64,000 bases of DNA from an uncultured Candidatus Bathyarchaeia archaeon (GCA_964491605.1 CAZBGY010000001.1:23694-87693), one strand, 5' to 3'; numbered from the stretch's first letter, positions 20,095 to 29,044 are shown. Program-made: numbers and translations. The notes: a model not told the origin generated them from the sequence alone.

Positions 20095-21404
20095 ATCCTC
20101 TTAAAGCCCTTGTGGTTAAGGAGTTCAAAGACTTGTTGAGGGAGCCTCAAATTCTTCTAGGTATAATACTAGCTCCCATACTGATGCTAGGTATAATGGG
20201 CGTTATCCTCTCAACAGCCTTCTCATCCGTTAGGGAGGCTGCAGCCGGGAGGGTATCCTTAGCCGTATTAGATCTAGATAAAAGTGTATATTCATCAGTT
20301 CTCATCGATATGTTGAGATTTACGAATGCATCGATCTACACCGTAGATTCTAGGAGTATAGATGAAGCAATAGTCGAAGCTGCGTCGAGGAATCTAAAGC
20401 TTCTCTTAGTTATACCCAGCGGATTCAGCGAGAATATAACTTTAGGCGTTAAAGCTAGGCTTCAAGTATACTCTGCTATCGAAGGCTTCTCTCTATCATC
20501 AACGATACCGTCGTCAGCTATCCAAGCATACATCGTAAGCTACGAGCATATACTAGTATACGATCTACTACGGAGGATAGCACCTAGCATCGACCCGAGT
20601 TTCGTATTGGATCCTATAAGCTTAGATGAATATACTGTTCTACGCGGGTCTATCATAAAGATTCCACCGGCAGCGGTATTTCAGAGGCTCTTCGGTCAAA
20701 GCCTTATGCTTCCATTCTCGATGTTCATGGTGGTGGTGGTAGCTATGCAGATAGCAGCCACTAGCATGGCTAAGGAGAAGGAGGGTAAGACGCTAGAGGT
20801 TCTACTCACATTACCTGTTAAACGTATATACATCCTCATGGGTAAGCTTGCGGGATCGATACTGATAGCTATCATAGGTTCGATCTCGTATCTCTCTGGC
20901 TTCGCTATATACATAGGCTCCTTCTCACTTATCCCTGTAGAAGAGCTGGTAGGGTTGGATTTACCAATGGAATCTATCAAGATAATGGAGATACCGCTCC
21001 AAGGCTACATAATTATGGGTATTCTACTAGTCTTATCGCTTATAGCGTTCCTCTCGATAGCTATAGGCTTATCAGCTCTAGCAGATGATGTTCGAAGTGC
21101 TCAAAGCCTCCTAGGTTTAGTATTCATACCTTTAGTAATACCCTTTATGTTTTCGATTTTCGCCGATATAAATTCCCTCCCAATCGCCTTAAGGATTATG
21201 GTATACGCTATACCGTTATCCTACCCTATACTATCTATAAACTCGATAATATCCGGGGATTACCTTACGCCATCGTTAGGTATAGCGTACCTATCGATCT
21301 TCACTATCGTTATCTTGTATATATTTGCGTGGTTCTTCGGAAGTGAGAAGATACTTACAGCCAAAATTAGGTTTATGAGGAAACCTAAAGTTAGCGATAT
21401 TTAG
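20091..21404 (+). CDS. ABC-2 family transporter permease
   Basis: 437-aa polytopic membrane protein, start overlapping the ATPase stop (ATGA). It has an N-terminal TM, a large extracytoplasmic loop, then a 5-6 TM bundle. Confidence 0.7.
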   Translation: MNPLKALVVKEFKDLLREPQILLGIILAPILMLGIMGVILSTAFSSVREAAAGRVSLAVLDLDKSVYSSVLIDMLRFTNASIYTVDSRSIDEAIVEAASRNLKLLLVIPSGFSENITLGVKARLQVYSAIEGFSLSSTIPSSAIQAYIVSYEHILVYDLLRRIAPSIDPSFVLDPISLDEYTVLRGSIIKIPPAAVFQRLFGQSLMLPFSMFMVVVVAMQIAATSMAKEKEGKTLEVLLTLPVKRIYILMGKLAGSILIAIIGSISYLSGFAIYIGSFSLIPVEELVGLDLPMESIKIMEIPLQGYIIMGILLVLSLIAFLSIAIGLSALADDVRSAQSLLGLVFIPLVIPFMFSIFADINSLPIALRIMVYAIPLSYPILSINSIISGDYLTPSLGIAYLSIFTIVILYIFAWFFGSEKILTAKIRFMRKPKVSDI

Positions 21405-21439
21405 AGGAGACTCGAAAGCTTCGATAAAGCTCCTCTAGG

Positions 21440-22228
21440 TTGAATCCTGGCATGGCTTCGGCTTTCGTAAACCCTAGATTCGAAGATATCGTAGAGCTAT
21501 TCAGGAGAAGTCTAGCTGAAGGTATGGTTATGATCCTAGTTGGTGAGTGCAGCGTAGAATATAAGGGTAGGGGTGTTGCAAGCCTAGAATCCGGTTCGCG
21601 TATAGTTATAACTAAACCAGACGGCTCCCTGCTCATACATGCAGCGACTAGCGTAGAACCTGTAAACTGGCAGCCTCCAGGATCGAAGCTGGAGGTCCGC
21701 ATCGAAGACGATAATCTAGTCCTATCATCTACTAGGAAAGCACCCTACGAGAATGTAACAGCCCGCTTCATATCCATATCACTAGTAGCGGTATGTAAGC
21801 TTGAAATCAAACCTAGATTCAAAGTCGAGATAGGCGAGGAAGCTATACGGGAAGCGGTATTAGCCGAGCCAAGCCTAATAGAGGATGGATTCAAACCTAT
21901 ATCTATAGAGAAACCGGTGGAGGCTGGGTTCATAGATCTATACGGTCTAGATAGGGATGGTAGATTGGTGGTAGTAGAGCTTAAAAGAGTGAAAGCCGAT
22001 GTAGAAGCCGTAGAACAGCTTAAAACCTATATGGACTCGCTTACCGATAGTTACGGATCGGTAAGAGGCATACTAGCCGCTCCATCGATAACCTATAAAG
22101 CATATATGAAGCTGAAGGAGTTCGGGCTAGAATACAGGAAGATCGATATAGCTAAATGCATATCGATCCTAACATCGAGAAGAAGGCAGCAGAGAAAGCT
22201 GGGGGAATACTACGGAGATAAAAGTTAA
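21440..22228 (+). CDS. nucS: endonuclease NucS (EndoMS, mismatch-specific RecB-like nuclease)
   Basis: 262 aa; N-terminal NucS DNA-binding-domain pattern and C-terminal RecB-family nuclease motifs (IDLYGLD...VVVELK). Confidence 0.7.
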   Translation: MNPGMASAFVNPRFEDIVELFRRSLAEGMVMILVGECSVEYKGRGVASLESGSRIVITKPDGSLLIHAATSVEPVNWQPPGSKLEVRIEDDNLVLSSTRKAPYENVTARFISISLVAVCKLEIKPRFKVEIGEEAIREAVLAEPSLIEDGFKPISIEKPVEAGFIDLYGLDRDGRLVVVELKRVKADVEAVEQLKTYMDSLTDSYGSVRGILAAPSITYKAYMKLKEFGLEYRKIDIAKCISILTSRRRQQRKLGEYYGDKS

Positions 22229-22261
22229 AATTATCGGAGAGTAAGTAAATCTGTGAAGGAA

Positions 22262-22339
22262 GGACCCGTAGCGCAGTCAGGATAGCGCGGCAGCCTCCTA
22301 AGCTGTCGGTCGTGGGTTCGAATCCCACCGGGTCCGCCA
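22262..22339 (+). tRNA. tRNA-Arg (anticodon CCT), CCA encoded
   Basis: Acceptor GGACCCG/CGGGTCC; anticodon stem GCAGC/GCTGT; loop CTCCTAA; T-arm GTGGG-TTCGAAT-CCCAC; discriminator G followed by genomic CCA. Confidence 0.85.
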
Positions 22340-22520
22340 TTAAACCCGGAGGAAAAGTTGAGTAAAACTAATCCCTCTCGGAGAAGAGAGTTCTAGGATC
22401 GTTCTCTTCTACTAGAAATTTAAGGGTAGCTTATTTACACTTAGTCCATTGTTTTAAGGATTACGTATACGTATCCAGATTATGGATGGAACTTAAACCA
22501 TTACATGGTTTCGGCAGAGC

Positions 22521-23552
22521 TTAAGCTAGTTTCTCCCCGCAGTTTAGGCAGAATTTAGCTTCGGATGGTATATCGCTTCCGCATTTAGGGCATTTCCTAG
22601 TAGGTTGTTGCTGTAATGAGCTTCCGCAATTTATACAGAATTTAGCTCCCGCTGGGTTTGTCGTACCACATTTGGGGCATACCTGTCCAGGCTGCATAGG
22701 TGATCCACAGTTCATACAGAATCTAGCTGTCTGCGGATTCTGGTATCCGCATTTAGGGCATTGTATCATAGGCTGAGTTTGAGGTTGAGGCTGCTGGAAT
22801 AGTGGGGGTATTATAGCTATTCCTGCTCCGACAGCTGCACCTGGGCTTTGGGATAAACTTTCAGCTGCCTTCTGAACTGTCTGCATCCTTAAGACTTCAT
22901 CCGCCGATACACCTGTTCTTAGGAAGAATATTCTATCCCTCCATTCCGGAGTCGTATCTATACCTTCAAATTTAACGTCTATAAGCTCTAACCCTATCCT
23001 TCTGAACGGCTCGTATAATATATTTCTAGCTAGAAGGCTTGTTTCATCGAGTTTCCCGTAGACTTCTACTAGCGAGTATTGACTTAAATTATCGATGAGC
23101 CTCTCGTTGAAGTATCCTCTAAGGAATTCTTGAAGCCTATCCGTCGTGTACGCATTTTGCCCTCCGATAACCTCGTTAACAAATAGGTTAGGCTCCTCCA
23201 CTCTGAACCAGAAGCTTCCATAGAATTTAAGCGGTGCAAGCTCTTTAGTCTGACCCTGCGCTCCGAATCTACCTTGAAACTGCTTCAAAGATATAAATAT
23301 AACTGTAGCTCTGAACGGGACTCTATCAAAGCCGGCTACCCTCGATAGTATACCCGTGAGTAGCGGTAGATTCGCTGTCGTAAGTACATGCCTCCCAGCT
23401 CTGAATACATCATAAGCCTTCCCATCCCTGAAGAAGACTGCAGCCTCATATTCGTGGACGATAAGGTTATCACCCCAGGTTATCTCCTCGCTCGGATACC
23501 TCCAAACTATATCCCCCTCTCTAGCTCCGATCCATTCGATAACCTTCGGCAT
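22521..23552 (-). CDS. SPFH/Band-7 (PF13421-like) domain protein with three C-terminal zinc-ribbon repeats
   Basis: N-terminal VIEW..DIVWRYP...FRDGKA.DVF.AGRHVL pattern typical of the SPFH Band_7_1 family. The C-terminus carries 3x CPKCG-x10-FC(M/I/L)NCG double-Cys-pair repeats in a Q/P-rich linker. Confidence 0.6.
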   Translation of the reverse strand: MPKVIEWIGAREGDIVWRYPSEEITWGDNLIVHEYEAAVFFRDGKAYDVFRAGRHVLTTANLPLLTGILSRVAGFDRVPFRATVIFISLKQFQGRFGAQGQTKELAPLKFYGSFWFRVEEPNLFVNEVIGGQNAYTTDRLQEFLRGYFNERLIDNLSQYSLVEVYGKLDETSLLARNILYEPFRRIGLELIDVKFEGIDTTPEWRDRIFFLRTGVSADEVLRMQTVQKAAESLSQSPGAAVGAGIAIIPPLFQQPQPQTQPMIQCPKCGYQNPQTARFCMNCGSPMQPGQVCPKCGTTNPAGAKFCINCGSSLQQQPTRKCPKCGSDIPSEAKFCLNCGEKLA

Positions 23553-24089
23553 TTATCCTACCACCCCTCTCAATACATCTATTCTCCTATCGATAAGGGA
23601 ATCGAGTTCATCTATCTTAGATATCAAGCCGTCTATAATCCTTCTCCACTCATCGCTCCCAGGCTCTGATGCCGTTAAGGATCTTACATCAGATTTAATC
23701 GATTCAGCTTTCTCGATCAACCCTAGATCGTATTCGATTATAGATTCAATCTTATCCTCCTTAACCTTCACGGCGTCAAACAAGCCTGCATAGCCTGCTA
23801 CAGCCCTATCTATACGCTGAGTAACCCTATCGAGACGATATGATAGTGTATCTATCCTCCAAGAATCTTCACCCGAAATCTTCCTAGCTACGGCTGGGTT
23901 TGATAAGCTCCTCCTCAAAATATTCTTAGCATCCCTCAACCTAGCCGCAACCTCCATCCTAACAAGCCTATCGCTCTCCCTCCTAACCTCCTTCTCCTTA
24001 TACCCTCGATAACCTGGTATGTAGCTGAGGATCCTCTCTGTAAGGCTTATCTCTCTCTTCACTTTATCGATACGTTCCTCTACGCTCAC
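23553..24089 (-). CDS. coiled-coil protein, translationally coupled to flanking genes
   Basis: Highly charged, heptad-rich sequence (RIDxxxxRI repeats). The probable start is GTG 24089-24087, overlapping the upstream TGA (GTGA). The stop abuts the ATG of the SPFH gene. The track ORF extends to 24221 only through overlap with the upstream gene. Confidence 0.45.
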   Translation of the reverse strand: MSVEERIDKVKREISLTERILSYIPGYRGYKEKEVRRESDRLVRMEVAARLRDAKNILRRSLSNPAVARKISGEDSWRIDTLSYRLDRVTQRIDRAVAGYAGLFDAVKVKEDKIESIIEYDLGLIEKAESIKSDVRSLTASEPGSDEWRRIIDGLISKIDELDSLIDRRIDVLRGVVG

Positions 24090-24433
24090 CTCATCCTCCC
24101 CCAGTAAGCTGAGAATCCTATAAGGACTAGTACCACCAGTAGTATGCCTACGATCGTCAGCGGATGTACCAACGGGTATGTAACCGAGGATAAAGCTAAA
24201 GCTACCATAACCAAACCCCAATATAGATAGAATAACCGATCCCTCTTAAACCATAACGCATAGAGGACCGTATATACGCCTAGAGGACCTAAAACCCAGA
24301 ATACGATATCTACCATATCGAACGCTAAAACGCCTACGCTATAAACGGTAAAAGCTACCCCTATCGAAGATACAATAACCGCGAGAGCTCCGACGGCGTA
24401 TTCAAACTTTCTAAACCTATGGTTACCGCTCAT
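24086..24433 (-). CDS. small polytopic membrane protein (3-4 TM helices)
   Basis: 115 aa, almost entirely hydrophobic helices; first gene of the 3-gene minus-strand unit. Confidence 0.5.
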   Translation of the reverse strand: MSGNHRFRKFEYAVGALAVIVSSIGVAFTVYSVGVLAFDMVDIVFWVLGPLGVYTVLYALWFKRDRLFYLYWGLVMVALALSSVTYPLVHPLTIVGILLVVLVLIGFSAYWGRMR

Positions 24434-24512
24434 ACAGCTAATAGGTAAACATATTGAGTATATAAGATTATTTGTAATCTTTAAATCCCTAACAAGTATA
24501 GTATAGGGGCGA

Positions 24513-25130
24513 GTGGTAAGATTGCCGATCCTAGGTGGAATCGCGAAGAAGCTTACACCGCCTAAGATCAGGTTAACCCTGAAACTCGGTAAGGACTACT
24601 ATGCGCTTGGAGAGAATCTAGAAGGTGAGCTACAGTTATCCTCCGACGAAGAAGTTGACGTCGAAGAGATTAGATGCGAGCTCACATGCGTCGAAGCCGT
24701 TAAAACTGTACGGTATGTAGAAGCTAGAGTTGGAAGATCAGGGTCTCCAGTTATGGTTCCCACCGAAACCTGGCAATCCGCTACCCTCTACTCAACTAAG
24801 ATCGTGTTAAGCGGCCCTACACATATCAGTAAAGGCTTTACGGATAGTTACCGATTCAAGGTAAGCATACCTATAACATTGAAGCCGACATATAAGGGAG
24901 TTGATAGGAGGGTTACATGGACGATTAAAGGTGTAGCCGCTGTTGAAAATAGACCTGACGCTACGAGTAATACCGTAGAACTTCAGATAATCCAACCAGC
25001 CGCTCCGCCAGTGGTTAAAGAGAAGGAGATAGTGCGCGAGATAGTCGTAGCTCCATGCAAATACTGCGGAACACTATTCCCGGTTACAGAGACTACATGT
25101 CCCAACTGCGGTGCTAAGAGAACAGGTTAA
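24513..25130 (+). CDS. Spo0M-like / arrestin-N-like beta-sandwich protein with C-terminal zinc ribbon
   Basis: Pattern Y..GE.LEGEL.L, then IRCELTCVE, FKVSIPITLKPTY and VTWTIKGV, matching the Spo0M/arrestin-N architecture. A C-terminal CKYCG...CPNCG ribbon follows. Confidence 0.45.
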   Translation: MVRLPILGGIAKKLTPPKIRLTLKLGKDYYALGENLEGELQLSSDEEVDVEEIRCELTCVEAVKTVRYVEARVGRSGSPVMVPTETWQSATLYSTKIVLSGPTHISKGFTDSYRFKVSIPITLKPTYKGVDRRVTWTIKGVAAVENRPDATSNTVELQIIQPAAPPVVKEKEIVREIVVAPCKYCGTLFPVTETTCPNCGAKRTG

Positions 25131-25379
25131 ACGGTCGTAACGTGAAGCGTAGGGATACCCCTCCAATTTTCTCCAAGAACTGAGTAACCCCAGCTTAAAT
25201 CCCGCTCATAAACTGGGAATCATCTAAATGGCATATTTAGACCTAGGGATACTTAAGAAATCTAAGAAAAATGCTGGTAGCTTAAAAGAGGCTTATTTGA
25301 AGCTTCTTTTCAGCATCGGCGAATAGAAAGGTCCCAGAAATAGAAGAAGAGTGATTTCAGATTGATTATTTAGAAGGTA

Positions 25380-25465
25380 CGCCGGGGGCGGGATTTGAAC
25401 CCGCGCGGCGCATATGCGCCACAGGCTTAGCAGGCCTGCACCCTACCAGGCTAGGTGACCCCGGC
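25380..25465 (-). tRNA. tRNA-Ser (anticodon GCT), long variable arm
   Basis: On the minus strand: acceptor GCCGGGG/CCCCGGC; anticodon stem CAGGC/GCCTG; loop CTGCTAA; variable arm GGCGC-ATAT-GCGCC; T-arm GCGGG-TTCAAAT-CCCGC; discriminator G. Confidence 0.85.
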
Positions 25466-25632
25466 TTTCTATACTCAATACTATCGAAGGCTTACTTTCG
25501 TATAAAAGGTTTAATGCAGGCGGGGATTTCATGGAGCATGGTATCTTCGATTTCACCTACCAATATCTAGTGGTTCTTATCTGAGGGGCATCTGTTTATT
25601 AGTTTTTCTTCTAGTGTATGCTGTGAAATGTT

Positions 25633-25646
25633 AAACTTTAAATTTT
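25633..25646 (+). promoter_or_regulatory. putative archaeal BRE/TATA element (AAACTTTAAATTTT) upstream of the transglutaminase-like gene
   Basis: A-rich BRE-like run followed by the TTTAAAT TATA-like box, 25-35 nt upstream of the GTG/ATG start region. Confidence 0.3.
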
Positions 25647-25669
25647 ATGTAGTGTTTTCTATGTTTTAG

Positions 25670-26866
25670 GTGTGGGCGTTGATCATGGGTAAAAGTACTA
25701 TCGCTGTTTCCATTATAGCCGTTATCTTATCTATTTCATCGATCATGCTATACAATAGGGTTTCTGTTTTAGAGGGTATGTATGAAGCTAAGTCTATGGA
25801 GTGTGATGAGCTTAGATTTGCATACGCATCGATCCTATCCGAATATGAGTCTATGATTTCGGATTATCTTAAATTGAAATCGAATCACACGATGTTATCC
25901 GATCTCTATGAGAAGCTCCTCTCAGATTATCAAAACCTCTTATACGATTATCGGAATCTATCTTCAGATTACCTAGAGCTTACGAAGACTCTCGTCTCGC
26001 TTAATATGAGTTATAGGATCCTATACGATGAGTACAACGTTACTAGAAATAATCTTTCCCGTCTTCTCGATGATTACGAGGGGTTGAAGCATATGTATAG
26101 CGATCTATTCCGCGATTATACTTCGCTGCTTGAGGAATATAGCATTTTAAGAACGAGTTACGAATCTCTAAAAGCTAGATTATCAACCGGAGTTTTCGAA
26201 TCATTTGTTAGAGATTATTTAAAGCTTATAGATGAGGTTAACATACATGCTATCCATCCCAAGAGGGAGGATTTACTTCTCATAACACCTTATGATGATA
26301 GGGTTAGGAGCCTCATGCTACAGGTTACCGGTGGATGGAGCGGCTACTTCGATCTAAATGAAATATCTATGGAGGTGAAATCACTATTCGATTGGGTTAA
26401 AGGTAATGTGAGGTATAGGAGTGATGGTCTCTATCCACTACTTCCCTCTGATCCGAGCTTCCCACCGATATACATCTCAGATATGTGGCAGTATCCTAAT
26501 CAGACGTTAACTGTTAGGGAGGGTGATTGCGATGATCAAGCAATCCTGTTAGCTAGTATGCTTTCAGCTTATTTCCAAGGAAGGATTAGGGTTGAATGTA
26601 TAATCGTCACCGATCATATGGCCGTCTATACACCTTTCGAGGGTGGGAGGATAATGATACTTGATCCGGCCACAGGGTATTATACTGGTAGTCCTGGTAT
26701 GCCTAGCTTCGCCGATGTAAGGATGGAGGTTTACCGTTGGATAAGTAGGCTTGAAGATATGTTCGGTAAGAGAATCGATGTCAAATGGGTATTCTCTGAT
26801 AGGATCTTGAAGTTATTCTATAATACTGAAAGCTTCATCGAATGGATATACGAAACGACACGGTAA
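25670..26866 (+). CDS. membrane-anchored transglutaminase-like cysteine protease-fold protein with N-terminal LxxDYxx heptad array
   Basis: N-terminal TM helix. About 14 consecutive heptads follow (LSDLYEK/LLSDYQN/LLYDYRN/LSSDYLE...). The C-terminal TGase core has Cys (EGDCDDQAILLAS), His (VTDHMAVY) and Asp (ILDP). Confidence 0.6.
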   Translation: MWALIMGKSTIAVSIIAVILSISSIMLYNRVSVLEGMYEAKSMECDELRFAYASILSEYESMISDYLKLKSNHTMLSDLYEKLLSDYQNLLYDYRNLSSDYLELTKTLVSLNMSYRILYDEYNVTRNNLSRLLDDYEGLKHMYSDLFRDYTSLLEEYSILRTSYESLKARLSTGVFESFVRDYLKLIDEVNIHAIHPKREDLLLITPYDDRVRSLMLQVTGGWSGYFDLNEISMEVKSLFDWVKGNVRYRSDGLYPLLPSDPSFPPIYISDMWQYPNQTLTVREGDCDDQAILLASMLSAYFQGRIRVECIIVTDHMAVYTPFEGGRIMILDPATGYYTGSPGMPSFADVRMEVYRWISRLEDMFGKRIDVKWVFSDRILKLFYNTESFIEWIYETTR

Positions 26867-26969
26867 AGTTTATAAGCTATAGTTTAGCCACTATCCTTGG
26901 CAAAGTTATGTCGTTTACCGTTCTCGCGGTCGTTATAGCTTAGCTCCGAGTTGGAGGAGTATCCTAGGT

Positions 26970-28226
26970 ATGGCTAGCATAAAGTCTTATTCGCTCGAGA
27001 ACTATCGGTTTAGGAAGCTTCTAGAAGAGCTTAAATCTAAGGTCGGTAGAGGTACCGAGCTTATAAGCCTCTACGTACCTCCAGGTAGACCTATACATGA
27101 GGTTATAAATGGTTTATGGCAAGAGTATAATACAGCTTCTAATATAAAGTCTGATAGGACTAGGAAGAATGTTCAATCTGCTATAGAGCGTGTGATTCAG
27201 AGGCTTAGATACTTTAAGAAGACGCCTGAGAATGGCCTTGTAGTATTCTGCGGAGCTATACCCCAGGATGGGGAGGGAAGCGAGAGGCTTGAAGACTATG
27301 TGATAATACCCCCAGAGCCTATCAATGTATCCTATTATGGATGTTCCTCCACATTCTACTTAGACCCTCTATACGAGATTATCAGGGAGAGGGAATCCTA
27401 CGGTGTCATAATCCTAGATTCGAGTGAAGCTAGCTTCGGTATAATCTCTGGTAGAAGGATAGAGCTGGTTAGAGAGATAACTTCAGGTATACCTGGCAAG
27501 CATAGAGCTGGAGGGCAATCTGCACGTAGATTCGAGAGGCTTAGAGAGATGGAGCTTAACGAATTCTTCAGGAGGGTTGCTAAGTATGCAGATGAATTAT
27601 TCCTAGATAGGAGTGATATCAAAGGTATACTCGTAGCAGGGCCTGGACCTACTAAATACGAATTCCTAGATAAGGATTACCTCAACTACATGTTGAAGCA
27701 GAAGGTGGTAGGAGTAATAGATACGGCGTACACCGGTGAGGAAGGTCTACGCGAGGTAGCGAGTAAATCTGTGGATATACTTAGAGGCGTAAGACATATG
27801 GATGAGAAGAGGATCGTGCAGAGATTCTTTAAGGAAGCTACGTTGGGTGGTGGGCTTGCAGCTTACGGGGAGGATGAAGTTAGATCTCTCATGGAACGCG
27901 GGATGGTGGAGACTCTCATAATATCTGAAGGCGTAGATAGGATGAGGGTTACCGTCGAATGCGGTGTCTGCAGTTATACGGATAGACGTACAGTTAGGGC
28001 GGTAGATCTATTCGCTTTCGAAGCTGAGCTTTCCAGATCCAAATGCCCGTCATGCGGTAATCAATCCTTAAAGATTAAGGAGAAGAAGAATCTCATAGAT
28101 GATTTTATAGAGTTAGCTGAGCGATACAATGTTAACGTAGAATTGATATCTACAGAAACAGAAGAGGGAGAGATGTTCCTTAAAGGTTTCGGTGGTATTG
28201 CCGCTCTACTAAGGTATAAGGTTTAG
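26970..28226 (+). CDS. prf1: peptide chain release factor aRF1
   Basis: NIKS codon-recognition motif (TASNIKSDRTRKN), GGQ motif (KHRAGGQSARRF), 418 aa; CxxC-x27-CxxC insert in domain 3. Confidence 0.9.
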   Translation: MASIKSYSLENYRFRKLLEELKSKVGRGTELISLYVPPGRPIHEVINGLWQEYNTASNIKSDRTRKNVQSAIERVIQRLRYFKKTPENGLVVFCGAIPQDGEGSERLEDYVIIPPEPINVSYYGCSSTFYLDPLYEIIRERESYGVIILDSSEASFGIISGRRIELVREITSGIPGKHRAGGQSARRFERLREMELNEFFRRVAKYADELFLDRSDIKGILVAGPGPTKYEFLDKDYLNYMLKQKVVGVIDTAYTGEEGLREVASKSVDILRGVRHMDEKRIVQRFFKEATLGGGLAAYGEDEVRSLMERGMVETLIISEGVDRMRVTVECGVCSYTDRRTVRAVDLFAFEAELSRSKCPSCGNQSLKIKEKKNLIDDFIELAERYNVNVELISTETEEGEMFLKGFGGIAALLRYKV

Positions 28227-29044
28227 GATCTGAATCTAGGATTAATTCTTCTACGCAGCCTCTCTATGAACCCTTCCTTCACTCTCACGAAATCTACTGA
28301 TTTATCCGATCCTCTCACCCTCACGCTGAATCCTTCTGGAAGCTTCACCGAAGATATCCCGTCCACCGATACATATAGATCCCCTCTAATAGATCTAAGC
28401 TCCACCGTGGAATACCATGGTGCTACATACGGTTTGAAGCCTGGCGTTAACGGTGATACAGGAGTTAGTATGAATGCCTCCACCCTAGGATCCAGTATGC
28501 ATCCTCCACAGCTTAGAGAATATCCTGTAGAACCTAGCGGTGTAGCTACAAGTATAGCATCTACTCTATCTAAAGCTATAACCTCCCCCTCCACCCTTAC
28601 CTCTAGATCTACAGTCTTTAAAACATCCGTTGCTCCAACCCTAACCTCGTTTAAGGCGTATGGCAGACCGACGTTGTTCTCTAGGAGCTTATAGGATTCC
28701 ATCCTATACCTACCCTCTAATAGCATATCCACCGCTTCTAAAGCTTCATGTAGATCGCAATCCGCTAGGAATCCTACTAGTCCAGCTCTGATAGCGAATA
28801 TAGGTTTAGATAAGCCTGTACTATGTAAGGCTCTTAGGATTGTTCCATCCCCTCCTACCGCTACTAGCAGATCGAATACACACCCCGGATGCCATCTAGT
28901 ACCTCCGATCCTTTCGTATAGTTTATCCTCTACTAGGACGTTCACCCCCCTATCTTCAAGAATCTCCTTAATCTTAGATGATACGGTTAAGGCATCATCT
29001 AGATCTATGCGTGAGAATAATGCTATGGATTCTATCTTAAGCAA
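28223..29044 (-). CDS. ppnK: NAD(+) kinase
   Basis: GGDGTILRA motif, NE/D motif, 273 aa. Confidence 0.85.
   Translation of the reverse strand: MLKIESIALFSRIDLDDALTVSSKIKEILEDRGVNVLVEDKLYERIGGTRWHPGCVFDLLVAVGGDGTILRALHSTGLSKPIFAIRAGLVGFLADCDLHEALEAVDMLLEGRYRMESYKLLENNVGLPYALNEVRVGATDVLKTVDLEVRVEGEVIALDRVDAILVATPLGSTGYSLSCGGCILDPRVEAFILTPVSPLTPGFKPYVAPWYSTVELRSIRGDLYVSVDGISSVKLPEGFSVRVRGSDKSVDFVRVKEGFIERLRRRINPRFRS

Noticed and set aside
23553-24221. Track ORF of 222 aa for the coiled-coil protein
   Set aside because: The first 44 codons overlap the upstream membrane-protein gene in another frame. A GTG start at 24089 overlapping that gene's TGA gives a cleanly coupled 178-aa protein instead.
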